Positions 1 to 10,323 of a stretch of DNA of 37,142 nt are shown here, piece after piece. The stretch is from Candidatus Heimdallarchaeota archaeon. Its GTDB lineage: Archaea; Asgardarchaeota; Wukongarchaeia; Wukongarchaeales; JBHIFL01. Each line of letters begins with the position of its first letter. The stretch's first letter is position 1. The stretch covers positions 1 through 37,142 of the forward strand of contig JBHIFL010000042.1 in assembly GCA_046761065.1 (NCBI GenBank), written 5' to 3'. The notes under the pieces were generated by a model that worked only from the letters and a program-made list of their open reading frames with translations, searched no databases and was not told the origin of the DNA. A program made the position numbers and the translations under genes.

Positions 1-36
1 ACCCGCACGCTTTAAAACCCATCCGGGGCTAAGCAT
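1..36 (-). CDS. Possible 5' end of a gene running off the left edge (MLSPGWVLKRAG...)
   Basis: ATG at 36 on the minus strand with an open frame to the window edge; only 12 codons visible. Confidence 0.25.
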   Translation of the reverse strand, partial: MLSPGWVLKRAG

Positions 37-303
37 TTTTACACATCTCTGTTAATTATTTTATCAATGAACTTTGAATAAATAATGCCAAATACTCTAA
101 AATCAATCTTAAAAGATCTCAATTCATTGCCTTAGAAATTTTAAAGCCTTATTTAATGCATAAATTAATGTATTTTATAGCTCGAAAATAATTAATAAGT
201 GTGTAGAAATCATGCGATTTGAGTGCTAAATGTATTTAGATTATTTTATAATTATATAATAAAAATTGAAACTTGTAAGGTAATATTGCTGATAAAATAG
301 TTT

Positions 304-345
304 AAAAAAAAAGAGAAAAAAAGGGAGTGGGGACGAGAAAAAGGG
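304..345 (-). terminator. Oligo-T/pyrimidine-rich archaeal terminator of the actin gene
   Basis: Minus strand after the stop reads CCCTTTTTCTC...CCCTTTTTTTCTCTTTTTTTTT. Confidence 0.6.
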
Positions 346-351
346 TTTAGT

Positions 352-1491
352 CTAGATACAGCGGTGAATAGCAGATGTTCCTTGCTCTTGGTACTCTTTT
401 CTGGAGACCCACAATTTTTGGAATGTTTTGAGACTAGATAGAATGCTCCCACCAATCCAAACCGAGTATCGGCGCTCGGGGGGCGCAATAATTCGAATCT
501 CAACCCCCTCAGGGACTAATTCACTGAGTTCTTTGTGCAATCGTTCTTTCAAACCCGGAAACATTGTGGATCCCCCACTTAACACGATATTCGCGTACAA
601 TTCTTTTCTTAAGTCGATATCGCAAGCTTGAATTGCACGATAGATCGAGTCGTCCAGTGGCGCGTCTTCTCGCCCTAAGAGGGCCGGGTTAAACATAGCT
701 TCAGGTGCTAGGAATCGCTCAGGCCCGATGGAAATAGTTTCCCCATCTGGGAGAGTGTACTGTTTCTCCATACCACTAACTTTTTCTGCTAGTTTAAGCT
801 CCTTTTCTGGATCTAAAGCTACATAGCAAAGTCGTTCTTTTATATCCCGGACGATTTCTTTCTCGGCGCTGCTAGTTAAACTGTGCCCTCTCTGGCGTAG
901 TAAACGTCGTAAATATTCTGTGAGATCTCTACCACCTAGATCAACTCTCGCAATTGCATGTGGGATAGCAAAGCCCTCATAGATCGGGACGATGTGAGTG
1001 ACTCCGTCTCCACTGTCCACCACAAGACCGGTGGTTCGGCCAGAGGCGTACAGAGACAGTACTGCCTGCATCGAGACATAGACTGCAGGAACATTGAATG
1101 TTTCAAACATGATTTCAGCCATTTTCTCTCTATTGTTTTGTGGGTTCAAAGGTGGTTCTGTTAACAGAACTGGATGTTCACTAGGATTCACACGAAGAAC
1201 ATTATAGAAGGTATAATGCCATATCTTTTCCATTCCATCAAAATCAGTGACAATCCCATGTTCGATTGGATATATCAGTCTCAGAACTCCTCTGAGGTTC
1301 ATCGCTTCTTCGCCGATGTAGTACTCCCTTACGTAGTGTTCTACATCGCTCATGATACTTTGGTATTTCGGAAAGCCGATGATCGTCGGAAATACACTCC
1401 GTGGCTGATCCTCACCCGCATACCCGTTCTTACTCAATCCACTTCCATTGTCTACAACGACAGGTTTGCCAGCAATTGTTGTTTCTGCCAT
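352..1491 (-). CDS. Asgard actin (Lokiactin-type, eukaryote-like actin)
   Basis: VVDNGSG phosphate-1, [28 protein letters not shown] phosphate-2, [28 protein letters not shown]-terminal HRCI; 379 aa. Confidence 0.97.
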   Translation of the reverse strand: MAETTIAGKPVVVDNGSGLSKNGYAGEDQPRSVFPTIIGFPKYQSIMSDVEHYVREYYIGEEAMNLRGVLRLIYPIEHGIVTDFDGMEKIWHYTFYNVLRVNPSEHPVLLTEPPLNPQNNREKMAEIMFETFNVPAVYVSMQAVLSLYASGRTTGLVVDSGDGVTHIVPIYEGFAIPHAIARVDLGGRDLTEYLRRLLRQRGHSLTSSAEKEIVRDIKERLCYVALDPEKELKLAEKVSGMEKQYTLPDGETISIGPERFLAPEAMFNPALLGREDAPLDDSIYRAIQACDIDLRKELYANIVLSGGSTMFPGLKERLHKELSELVPEGVEIRIIAPPERRYSVWIGGSILSSLKTFQKLWVSRKEYQEQGTSAIHRCI

Positions 1492-1587
1492 TTTTTTCCC
1501 CCAATTTCTAGTTTTTGGGCGATTGGGATCATATTCTCAAGAACTTTCTTAATTCAATAGTTCGTGGAATTACGAGGCCAAACAACT

Positions 1588-1606
1588 TTTATAAAGTTTT
1601 GGTTTC
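1588..1606 (-). promoter_or_regulatory. BRE/TATA promoter candidate for actin
   Basis: Minus strand GAAACCAAAAC-TTTATAAA about 100 bp upstream of the ATG. Confidence 0.55.
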
Positions 1607-2109
1607 AATTTAACATTTCCGGCGTTTAGGTTGCTTAATTCACAGTTTCGAAGTAATCTACTCCCGGAAAGGAGATCTCTGAGTTTCATGCCTTTACACA
1701 GGACTCATTTTTCCATCGTTATTCACAGAACAAGTTAAGCATGAGAGGATTGAATGAAGAAGTATGATGGATTGTTGTCCCTATCTTTGTCAAGAACATC
1801 TTAGCGGTCTTTATTCAAGGATAAATCTCCATAACAACTTGTTTATTGAAATTCTCTCCAAACTCATGCGAATTATTGTATTAAAAGGTTTTAAAACAGA
1901 AATAACACTTATTTTGGTATTATAAACATCAAAGAACAACGAACTAATAAGGTAATACGTTTTTAGTCGACAAATAATTAACATCTGATATGGATTCATA
2001 AATGTGACTCAATAAAATCATGTTTATCGCCTCCAATTAATGATTAAACCACTATGGATCGGATTTAACTATCAAAGGATAGGTTATTCTTTAAAAAAGG
2101 TGCATCATT

Positions 2110-2664
2110 TTGAAGGAGAGTGCTTTGGGAAAATTTCTAATTAGCTGTGTTCGCGGATTTGAACGAGATGCCGCTTCTGAAGCATGGTGGGTACTTTCTT
2201 CTCTGTTAAAGAACAAAACAATCGATGCTGATCTTACGGAGGTTCCTGGTCTTGTTTTTATAATAGTTGATGCTGATCCAAGGCGAATCATTGGATGCCT
2301 TCGGGAATTTCTTAGAAAAAATCTTGATGAGCTCCGATATTGCTTAAAATTTATACCTCTTCAAGATTGGTGTAAAACTGATCTAAATCTCATCTGTATG
2401 AAGGTAACAGAGAAATCTAACGAGATTTCCAACGCGGATCGATGGTGTATAGTATTGAATAAACGGTATAATTCACTAAAACGAGATGACATTATCAAAC
2501 AAGTTGCTTTGCGAATTCCTCATGGAAAAGTTGACCTTAAAAACCCAAATAAAATTATACAAATCGAGATCGTTGGAAAGAACACTGGGATTTCTATTCT
2601 TCAGCCGGATCAAATTATATCCATAGAAAAATTACGAAGAAACCGTAGGAACGTATCTTTATGA
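2110..2664 (+). CDS. Stand-alone THUMP-domain RNA-binding protein
   Basis: KVDLKNPNKIIQIEIVG..TGISIL THUMP signature; N-terminal GFERDAASE ferredoxin-like part. Confidence 0.85.
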   Translation: MKESALGKFLISCVRGFERDAASEAWWVLSSLLKNKTIDADLTEVPGLVFIIVDADPRRIIGCLREFLRKNLDELRYCLKFIPLQDWCKTDLNLICMKVTEKSNEISNADRWCIVLNKRYNSLKRDDIIKQVALRIPHGKVDLKNPNKIIQIEIVGKNTGISILQPDQIISIEKLRRNRRNVSL

Positions 2665-2696
2665 AAAGAAAGAATACAACTTAAAAAATCACATTG

Positions 2697-3269
2697 TCAA
2701 CTTTTCAGTATCTCAGTTGGAGGTCTTTTTGTTAGTTCAAGCATTCCCATTCTTTCTATTATAAGATCATGAATAGAACCAGTCTTCAGTTCCTCAGTGG
2801 AAATATCAAAAAGTCGAATAAGAGCTCTTTCCTTCTCTGGTGTCAAGTTAAATACGGTTTTCGATTGTTTTCCTTTTAAAAGGTTTATAATTTCTTGAAA
2901 GAGTTCAGAGCGATTAGTTGATTTGTCAGGAGGAAAAAGAACAATTACTGCGACATTTTTTGTTTTTGGGGTGATTCCTATGAGTGTTAGTGCCTTGTCA
3001 ATTTGGCGTTGACCAGTTGCATAAAGTAGGGTTTCGATTTCGAGGGAATTGGAAATTTGATTATTGTGTTGGAAAGCTTTCTTTGCATGGTAACTCGCTA
3101 ATTTCAGATGTTCTTTTCCAGCTACTCTATTGGCATCAACCAGTTGCAGAATTACGCCCTTTACTGTTGCTAACCGCTTGATTTGTCGAAGAACATCCTC
3201 TACATCATTAATTTGAGTTTCTGAGATGCCAATAATGTGAGTTGTAAGATTACCATAGTTGAAAGTCAT
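2697..3269 (-). CDS. cgi121: KEOPS complex subunit Cgi121
   Basis: QLVDA..VAG..HL..A, SLEIETLLYATGQRQIDKAL...G, IIERM motifs. Confidence 0.88.
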   Translation of the reverse strand: MTFNYGNLTTHIIGISETQINDVEDVLRQIKRLATVKGVILQLVDANRVAGKEHLKLASYHAKKAFQHNNQISNSLEIETLLYATGQRQIDKALTLIGITPKTKNVAVIVLFPPDKSTNRSELFQEIINLLKGKQSKTVFNLTPEKERALIRLFDISTEELKTGSIHDLIIERMGMLELTKRPPTEILKS

Positions 3270-3363
3270 ATTTTACTAACACCTTTCTTCATTCTTTTGG
3301 AGTTATAGTGAGTAATCAATATTATCTTAAGGGTGGTGATTTAATAAAAAACCAAAGATCAAA

Positions 3364-3999
3364 TTGATCCATGGGGTTACCAGCGTGTCGAATTCGAAAA
3401 CGGAATTCAGACTTGTTACTTGGGAGGAAATTCACAAGATCTGTGTTGAATTATATAATCAAATGCGAAAAGATAAACTTAAACCTGATTTAATCATAGG
3501 AATCGCGCGTGGAGGATGGGGTCCTGCCCGAATTCTTTCAGACCTGTTTAACGATACACGAGTTGCAAGCATAAAGATCGAATTCTATACTGACATTAAC
3601 AAGAGGACTAAAACACCCAAGGTTGTTCAACCCGTCTCAACAGATGTAACTGGAAAAACGCTCATTCTAGTAGATGATGTAGCCGATTCAGGGCTTTCCT
3701 TACGTGTTGCTTTAGATCATCTGAAAGAACGTAAAGCTCAAACGGTACGGACGGTAACCCTCTATTATAAGCCTTGGTCGATCGTTATACCTGATTACTA
3801 TGCAAGGGAGACCCGTGCATGGTTAGTATTCGCCCATGAAATGGCAGAATTTATGCGTCTCCGGATGACTAATCGAGAAAAGGAAGGTATACCCCTCGAA
3901 ACGATCCGAAATGAGTTTATACAGCTAGGAATACCCAAATTTTTAATCAATTTTATTTTTGAGGAAAAACTGAATATAATCCATAAGATTAATGAATAA
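3364..3999 (+). CDS. Type I phosphoribosyltransferase (purine PRT-like); true start may be GTG 3385
   Basis: IIGIARGG and ILVDDVADSGLSL PRPP-binding loop; YYKPWS..PDYY..W..F. Confidence 0.88.
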   Translation: MIHGVTSVSNSKTEFRLVTWEEIHKICVELYNQMRKDKLKPDLIIGIARGGWGPARILSDLFNDTRVASIKIEFYTDINKRTKTPKVVQPVSTDVTGKTLILVDDVADSGLSLRVALDHLKERKAQTVRTVTLYYKPWSIVIPDYYARETRAWLVFAHEMAEFMRLRMTNREKEGIPLETIRNEFIQLGIPKFLINFIFEEKLNIIHKINE

Positions 4000-4149
4000 C
4001 CATACTTATATTCTCATAAGCTTTCAAATTTAATAGGCACTTTCTGCTTCTTATTTAAAGCTTTTTTATCTTCAAACAGCTGATTCGATTGTTTCTACTC
4101 GTAGTTTTTTGAATAATGAATAGAACGTGTGTCAAATGCGGAATGGACA

Positions 4150-5031
4150 TTAAGGGGGGTATAAAAGAGGGAAGATTCTGATTAATTTGCGTAATGCTTC
4201 AATGAAGGATTTTAGTAAGTATTTGAGTTCCAATTGTTGTGGTAATGTCCATGTCCACCAAATGGGGAGTGATATAGGTACGAACCACTTTATTAAGATC
4301 ACTAAAGCAAGTATCAGCAAACTTACTCCAGTTAGAATAAAATCCATGCGGCTCATAGTGATTTCATAGAAATATGTGCGTTTCGTTTTCGGATTCCATG
4401 CTCGAGCCTCCATAGCTTCAGCCAGTTCCTGTGCTCGACGAAGTGCAGATGCAAACAATGGGATCAACAATGGAAGAGTTTTTTTCAATCTTGTTAAGAA
4501 GTTGCCTTTGTCAATCTGAAGACCTCGTGAAAGTTGAGCCTCTTTAACTATTCGAGCTTCTGCTGCAAGAATTGGTACAAAACGATAAGCTGTGCTCAAC
4601 GTCCATGCAAACGAATAGGGACCACCTAGTTTTTGAATAGCTTGAGAGAGGTCATCCGGATTGATTGTTAGAAAAAGAAGGTTTAGAACGGTGAAACTGG
4701 TATATATCCTAAACGCTATGGCAATTCCAGTACTGGTTGGGTGAGTACTGGCTTGTTGGAAGAGAAACACATTCAATACTACGATAATTATCACGAACAA
4801 GGTCAATCCTTGGATTGTCAATTTCCATTTCTTCTCGATCCGTGCGATCCAAACAAGAGGGAGCTGAGTTAAAAACAAGATTAGGAGTGGTAACAAGTTT
4901 ATAGTCAATAAAGATAAAGTTAAGATGGTGAGAGAGTATATTATCTTCGTTCTTGGATCGAGAGAATGAATAAAGGTGTCTTGGGGTGTGTAGTCAAAAC
5001 TCTCAATAAACCGTAGAGACGATTTCACCAC
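4150..5031 (-). CDS. ecfT: ECF transporter transmembrane component T
   Basis: LDPRTK, RFVPIL..EA..V.EAQLSRG, AEAMEARAW Arg motifs; multiple TM segments. Confidence 0.92.
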   Translation of the reverse strand: MVKSSLRFIESFDYTPQDTFIHSLDPRTKIIYSLTILTLSLLTINLLPLLILFLTQLPLVWIARIEKKWKLTIQGLTLFVIIIVVLNVFLFQQASTHPTSTGIAIAFRIYTSFTVLNLLFLTINPDDLSQAIQKLGGPYSFAWTLSTAYRFVPILAAEARIVKEAQLSRGLQIDKGNFLTRLKKTLPLLIPLFASALRRAQELAEAMEARAWNPKTKRTYFYEITMSRMDFILTGVSLLILALVILIKWFVPISLPIWWTWTLPQQLELKYLLKSFIEALRKLIRIFPLLYPP

Positions 5032-5843
5032 CTCTTTTGGATCTCTTTATGGACTTCATCTATAGTGTAAAATTGGGTTGGAAAATCAGACCAGATCTTT
5101 TTTTGAATTCCTTCCGAAAATTGAACCATTTGGGGGGGAGAAAGCCTTAATTCTTTCAGGAAGGTAGAACATAGATTTGTCTGGTTCTTTGGTTTATCTG
5201 AAATGATTTTTCCATCTTTCATTAAGATTAGCCGACCAGCAAGTGAAAGAGCAAACTCTATGTCATGGGTGATTAGTATAACGGTTTTAGAGTTGGTTAT
5301 GAGTTCTTTGAACAAATTCTTTAATCGCTCTTTATTTACGATGTCTTGCCCCGTGGTTGGCTCATCAAGAACTAAGTACTCGGTATCCATTGCTACAATT
5401 GAGGCAATAGTTACACGTTTTTTCTGACCCATGCTTAACGAGAGCGGAGATCGTTTGGCAACATCTTCTAGCTCAAATTTTTTTAAAATGCTACCTACTC
5501 TTCGATCAATCTCTTTTGGAGAGTATCCTAAATTGATTAGGCCGAATGCAACTTCACGGGTAACAGTCTTTTCAAAAAGTTGGCTGTCTGGATCTTGCAC
5601 TACGTAGCCCACGGTTCTTGCTAATTCGCTAATGGGCTGATTTTTTGTATTTTGACCCTCTACATGCACTTCCCCCGTTGTTGGCTTGAATAATCCATTA
5701 AAATGTTTACCCAATGTGGTTTTTCCTGCTCCATTCGGCCCCATGATTGCAACAGCTTCCCCCCTACAAATTTCGAGATTAATTCCTTTCAGGGCATGTG
5801 TTCCGTCAGGATAGTTGTAGTGTAAGTCTTCTGTAACAAGCAA
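5025..5843 (-). CDS. ecfA2: ECF transporter ATPase A2 (start reassigned to TTG 5843)
   Basis: GPNGAGKTT Walker A, QDPDSQL Q-loop, LSMGQKKR, LDEPT, THD; GGAGG RBS upstream of TTG 5843. Confidence 0.9.
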   Translation of the reverse strand: MLVTEDLHYNYPDGTHALKGINLEICRGEAVAIMGPNGAGKTTLGKHFNGLFKPTTGEVHVEGQNTKNQPISELARTVGYVVQDPDSQLFEKTVTREVAFGLINLGYSPKEIDRRVGSILKKFELEDVAKRSPLSLSMGQKKRVTIASIVAMDTEYLVLDEPTTGQDIVNKERLKNLFKELITNSKTVILITHDIEFALSLAGRLILMKDGKIISDKPKNQTNLCSTFLKELRLSPPQMVQFSEGIQKKIWSDFPTQFYTIDEVHKEIQKRW

Positions 5844-5974
5844 ATTAACTCCTCCAATGCATTTACAAACTTCTCTAAATTTTAACAATGAAATACTAAC
5901 TAAGGTTTTATATCCAAATTATTTGCAATTGTTTTTCCAAATTGATTCTCATAAGATAACATAAGAAATTTCTA

Positions 5975-6832
5975 TTATTTGCTAATTTTTGCTCCTATCA
6001 ACTGTTGGAGATAACTTATCGCCTCATTTACAGTAAGTGGTGTGTTTTTAACTCGAAAATCCAAATCATCCTTTATGCGTCGAAATAGAAGTGATATCTG
6101 TGGAAGTCCAATGTTCATCTCATAGAGTTTATCTAGCTCAATAGCTTTTTTTGGTGGTAAATCAATGACCTTCCTACCTCGATTCAGAACGATCAAACGT
6201 GAGCAAAGAGGAAGTATTAATTCAAGTCTATGTTCCACAATGATTACTGTTAGATTCAATTGGTGATTCAATTCTTTTGTCAGATGAATTATATCTGCTG
6301 CTGAAATGGGATCCAGATTGGCGGTCGGTTCATCCATGATAAGGATCGATGGCTTCATTGCTACCACTGCTGCAATTGCTACTTTCTGCTGTTCTCCTCC
6401 TGAAAGTGAATGAGGAGGTCGATGGCGGAGATTTTCTATTCTAAAGCGGTGCAATATTTCATCAACGTATTTACGAATATCCTTGGGCGGGATCATCAAA
6501 TTCTCAAGACCAAAGGCAATTTCGCGCTCTACTGTTGCTGAAATCAGTTGGTTTTGTGGATTCTGGAAGACAAACCCAACCTCTGTAGCTAATTCCCTAG
6601 TTGGAGTTGTATATACATTTTTTCCATGAATTACTAATTTACCGGAGAGCCTTCCTCCATAAAAATAAGGAATTAATCCGTTGCAACATCGCAGTAGAGT
6701 CGTCTTTCCTGACCCACTCGCGCCTGTGATCACGATAAACTCCCCCTGCGCAATTTGCAGATCAATCTCGCAAAGAACCGGTACATTCATTCTAGGATAC
6801 TGGTAGGTCAGGTTTTGCATCTCAATTGACAA
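5975..6832 (-). CDS. ecfA1: ECF transporter ATPase A1
   Basis: GASGSGKTT, FQNPQNQL, LSGGEQQK, MDEPTANLD, VEH. Confidence 0.9.
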   Translation of the reverse strand: MSIEMQNLTYQYPRMNVPVLCEIDLQIAQGEFIVITGASGSGKTTLLRCCNGLIPYFYGGRLSGKLVIHGKNVYTTPTRELATEVGFVFQNPQNQLISATVEREIAFGLENLMIPPKDIRKYVDEILHRFRIENLRHRPPHSLSGGEQQKVAIAAVVAMKPSILIMDEPTANLDPISAADIIHLTKELNHQLNLTVIIVEHRLELILPLCSRLIVLNRGRKVIDLPPKKAIELDKLYEMNIGLPQISLLFRRIKDDLDFRVKNTPLTVNEAISYLQQLIGAKISK

Positions 6833-7099
6833 GGTAAAAATCAGCCTCCCGTCTTGGGTTTTGAGTAGTGGGTCTATAGATTTTGAGTCTTGTTTGAGAA
6901 GATGAACGGAATAATTGCATGAACTTCTTTTTAAGGCCTCCCATAAGGTCTCATCTCTTTCTTAACACAATTTTATCAGTTATCAATCGATTAATTTGTG
7001 TTTGTATGATTTTTCTGTTTGACAAACTGAATATGGGAAAAACGAGAAAAAATGCCCTAATTCTTGATTGGTGTCTGAATGGTCATCACTCCCATCTCT

Positions 7100-8110
7100 T
7101 TATTGTTCTAATATGTGTTTCCGCAAGACACCTCGGATAAAGCTAATGATCGGCTTGGGATCTGTTTGAGCATTCGCATTGAGTCCTGCGGCGGTGCGAT
7201 GGCCCCCACCCATACCATTAATCGTCCCAGCTGCCTTCTCAAAGAGTTTTCCTAGGTGAATTCCAGTTTTTGCATGAAAATTGGATGAACACCGAGCACT
7301 TAAGCGTAGTTCGTCTTTTCTTTCGGCCCAGACTATTGCAATATCCGCACCGAGATAAACTAAAGTTCGAGCAGCAGCCGCTTCATAAGCACTGATATAA
7401 GAGGTAATGAGCAGATAATCATCTATTCGTTCTATTTCCATTCGTTGCGCGCACTTCACGCGTGCCATCCGCTCAGAAAATGAGGAAGGGACATTAAGAG
7501 TCGCCAAAATTTCTTGATACTCCACTCCTTGATCTAGTAAATCTACAATGGCTCTAAAAGTCGATTTTGATGCCAAAATTAAGTGTTTAGTATCATATAT
7601 GATGCCCGACAATAAAGCAAAAGCTATATCTGGTAGAATCTCCGTTTCAGAATATTTGAACATCTGATAAATGATTTCACAGGACGATGACACATCATCT
7701 AATACAAAATAGTTACTTGTTAATTCGAATCCTGTTGCATGGGGTGCATGATGATCAATAATAATTGGAGGATTTTCCACCAAGAGTTTATGTAATGATG
7801 TAGTTGCAATAGTTCCAAGTTGTTCAAGGTTGTTAGTATCTAACATAATAAATTTTCGTGCATCAGGATCTATTTCCTTCATAATATCAATTTGTAAACG
7901 CGATACCAGTTTTTCAGTTGGTTTGTTAAGTGATTCTGCAAGAATCTTGCAGGTTGCGGATATGTGTTTTCTGAGAAACTGTGCTAAGGCAAATGCGCTA
8001 CCAATTGTATCCGGATCTGCGTTTTTATGGCACAGAAGCATGATATCAGAACTGGGAATGTTCTTCAATACTTTGACGATTGCTCCGATTTTAGATTGAT
8101 TGGGTATCAT
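7100..8110 (-). CDS. DHH/DHHA1 family phosphoesterase (NrnA-like)
   Basis: H.NADPD, IIDHH, GIIYDT, GGGH..AAG motifs. Confidence 0.9.
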   Translation of the reverse strand: MIPNQSKIGAIVKVLKNIPSSDIMLLCHKNADPDTIGSAFALAQFLRKHISATCKILAESLNKPTEKLVSRLQIDIMKEIDPDARKFIMLDTNNLEQLGTIATTSLHKLLVENPPIIIDHHAPHATGFELTSNYFVLDDVSSSCEIIYQMFKYSETEILPDIAFALLSGIIYDTKHLILASKSTFRAIVDLLDQGVEYQEILATLNVPSSFSERMARVKCAQRMEIERIDDYLLITSYISAYEAAAARTLVYLGADIAIVWAERKDELRLSARCSSNFHAKTGIHLGKLFEKAAGTINGMGGGHRTAAGLNANAQTDPKPIISFIRGVLRKHILEQ

Positions 8111-8185
8111 AACCTCTGTTTCCTGTTATTTTCTCATTACCGCAGATTTTCTCATTGATTTTTTGGTATGGGGGATAAATCGAGT

Positions 8186-8551
8186 TTATTTGTTACTCTT
8201 GATCCTTGAATATGGTTTGATTGACTTTTTAAGTTCAATAAATTTCATTTCGACTTCTTTCAGTGCATAATTGGCTGCTTCTTCAGCCAATTCGTTTTCA
8301 TTCAAAGTAACAAAAGGAGGAAGATTAAGAGTAACTTGTATATCCAAATCGAATCCTAGATTGTTTGCATTCTCGATTATTACAGTTACATCCACATCCA
8401 AGATTCTCTTAAAGCTTTTATTTTTCGAAAATATTCCCGTAGAGGTTATTTTTCTATTAATAAACTGGCGAACCGTTTCTTCAGCTAAGATCGCTAGGTT
8501 TGAAAGGATTTCTGGGACTAGAAAATTAGTATTTGAAGGGTTATCCTGCAA
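8186..8551 (-). CDS. Small archaeal protein, DUF3194-like
   Basis: LA..AEE..R.FI...D.DV.V...LDI.V.L....AEEA..A pattern; position directly downstream of prefoldin beta matches the known archaeal arrangement. Confidence 0.6.
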   Translation of the reverse strand: MQDNPSNTNFLVPEILSNLAILAEETVRQFINRKITSTGIFSKNKSFKRILDVDVTVIIENANNLGFDLDIQVTLNLPPFVTLNENELAEEAANYALKEVEMKFIELKKSIKPYSRIKSNK

Positions 8552-8915
8552 TACGTCCCTCTTCTTGATATGTTTGGAGCTGTTTACTTAACCGCTCACG
8601 AAGTTCCTCAAATTTCTTACGTGCTCGTTCTTCTTGCTTTTGAAGAGTTTTTACTCGTAATTCAAGTGTTTCTTTTTTATCTGACAATTCTTCACTGAGT
8701 TCAGGTACCTCTGATTTAAATAATAGCATCCCAACATTCTTATAAACGGGAGCCCCTTCATCTAGATTTTCGAGTTCCTTTAGTGCATTTTCTGTATCTC
8801 TCAATTGAAGTTCAAGTTGAGATAGTTGAGTTTGAAGAACTCGTATCTGGGAACTTAATTGTTGGAGTCTTTTATATTGCTGTTCAATTGCTGGTGGAAG
8901 GCGTGTTGTTGACAC
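8541..8915 (-). CDS. pfdB: Prefoldin subunit beta
   Basis: Two coiled coils around the VYKNVGMLLFK beta-hairpin; ETLELRVKTLQKQE. Confidence 0.95.
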   Translation of the reverse strand: MSTTRLPPAIEQQYKRLQQLSSQIRVLQTQLSQLELQLRDTENALKELENLDEGAPVYKNVGMLLFKSEVPELSEELSDKKETLELRVKTLQKQEERARKKFEELRERLSKQLQTYQEEGRIAG

Positions 8916-8967
8916 TTTTACTTTTCCTCCTTTGGTCCTTCTGCTTCAGAGGGACTCTCCACTGCTT

Positions 8968-8985
8968 CTTATAAAGCCTTTTTTC
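8968..8985 (-). promoter_or_regulatory. Internal BRE/TATA promoter upstream of pfdB
   Basis: Minus strand GAAAAAAG-GC-TTTATAAG in the pcc1-pfdB gap; AGGAGG RBS nearer the start. Confidence 0.6.
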
Positions 8986-9200
8986 ACGGAAAAAGGATCA
9001 CAATTAATTTTTTGAATGAAAGCTTTTCTTTATCACACTCTTCTATATACTGCTAGCACTTTCAACTATCAAGAAATGCATTATCCAACTTATCTTTGGA
9101 TCTTTAAGCATTCAAACGTATCTAAATAAAAATTTAACTAAGTCCAAATCTGAATCTCTCGTAAGATGATTTTTTAGCTCTTTTAGAACAAGTTTTAACT

Positions 9201-9482
9201 TTATCCGGGAAGGGTCGTTAAAACGCTTCGTATTCCAATAAGCCATCTAAGATAGGAGTTGACTGCTGCTCGTAAACTTACAAGATCGAATGCATTAAAC
9301 TGCAAAAGGATTGAAGTGTTGGTAGATTTTATTTTGGTTGCCACACGATTCGTTGGCATGGCTTTCTCTTCTGGTATCAAAGCTTCTTTAGAGGCGTGTA
9401 GAATTTGTGAGTCGTCAAATTCTATCTGAATAGTGCAAGCAATATTCAAACTCTTATTTTCTTCCAAGCTAAGGACGTTCAA
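9201..9482 (-). CDS. pcc1: KEOPS complex subunit Pcc1
   Basis: L.PE....R..............A.DL.SLRAAVNSYLRW signature. Confidence 0.9.
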   Translation of the reverse strand: MNVLSLEENKSLNIACTIQIEFDDSQILHASKEALIPEEKAMPTNRVATKIKSTNTSILLQFNAFDLVSLRAAVNSYLRWLIGIRSVLTTLPG

Positions 9483-10044
9483 GGAATTTCACCGTTCCAT
9501 GTAGTTGTGGCCCCACCTCCTTATCAAGCACGCCACGGGTGAAAGTTAAGTGGATTAAGTTATTGGATTCCTTAATTTTCATAATTATTGTAGAATTTTC
9601 AACAATTTGATGTTCTTCTATTAAAGGTGCTTCAAAAATTTTTGATAACATTTCACAAAAACGTTGAACCCGAGAAGAATGGGTTATTGAAAGGATCAAA
9701 AGAGTATCTCCCCGTGGCATCCTCTGTCGAGTGATTTCATATCTCAGTTTTACTCCTTTCAGTGATAATTCCAGAGGTAGTTGAAAAAATCCTTGTTCAG
9801 TTACCCGATAGAAACTTATGGTTCCTGGATTTCCTTTACGGGTTGAGACCACCACTAGTAAGGTATTTCGTGACGCCAGCGCCTCAGCTGCCAACTCGTA
9901 GAGGTTTTTTGTTCCCCGTGAGATCCGTGTAGCTTTGGGAATGACATGCGCAAAATCTTTAATGAGGGTTCTCGTTCGACGGGAAGGGTTGCGTGAGGTT
10001 GTAAAACAAATGTGCAAATTTGACTGATCTTTTATAGGCATCAA
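9469..10044 (-). CDS. Brix/Imp4-domain ribosome biogenesis protein
   Basis: TTSRNPSRRTRTL.KD, RG.KNL.EL, KGNPG, EVGPQL motifs; superoperon position. Confidence 0.88.
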   Translation of the reverse strand: MMPIKDQSNLHICFTTSRNPSRRTRTLIKDFAHVIPKATRISRGTKNLYELAAEALASRNTLLVVVSTRKGNPGTISFYRVTEQGFFQLPLELSLKGVKLRYEITRQRMPRGDTLLILSITHSSRVQRFCEMLSKIFEAPLIEEHQIVENSTIIMKIKESNNLIHLTFTRGVLDKEVGPQLHGTVKFLERP

Positions 10045-10053
10045 CTCACGCTT

Positions 10054-10323
10054 TTAGGTCGTTTTAGCTAATCTTTGAGTAATTCGTTTAGAAGCTTTTC
10101 CAGGAGCGGTTTCTACCTTGAATGCGCCACCTGCAAATTTCAGGTTGCATTTTTTGCATTGCCAAATTCCTATACTAACTCTGAGTACTCTTTTTGACCT
10201 GCATCTTGGACAAGGGCTTGCGGCTTTTGTTTCTTTTTCTACTTGAGCAGTTCGTTTTCGAGCCAAAGTTCCATATCTCGCCCCAAAACGCCCAGTCGAG
10301 CCAACTTTCTTAGTCCGTTTCAT
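10054..10323 (-). CDS. rpl37ae: Ribosomal protein L37Ae (eL43)
   Basis: RTKKVGSTGRFGARYG, CPRC...GIWQCKKC..KFAGGA. Confidence 0.97.
   Translation of the reverse strand: MKRTKKVGSTGRFGARYGTLARKRTAQVEKETKAASPCPRCRSKRVLRVSIGIWQCKKCNLKFAGGAFKVETAPGKASKRITQRLAKTT

Noticed and set aside
1660-1810. Possible hairpin region upstream of actin (GGAAA/TTTCC, TGAGT/ACTCA)
   Set aside because: Short, weak stems expected by chance; no coherent box motifs
4150-6832. ECF module lacking an S component
   Set aside because: Normal for group II ECF transporters, which use S components encoded elsewhere
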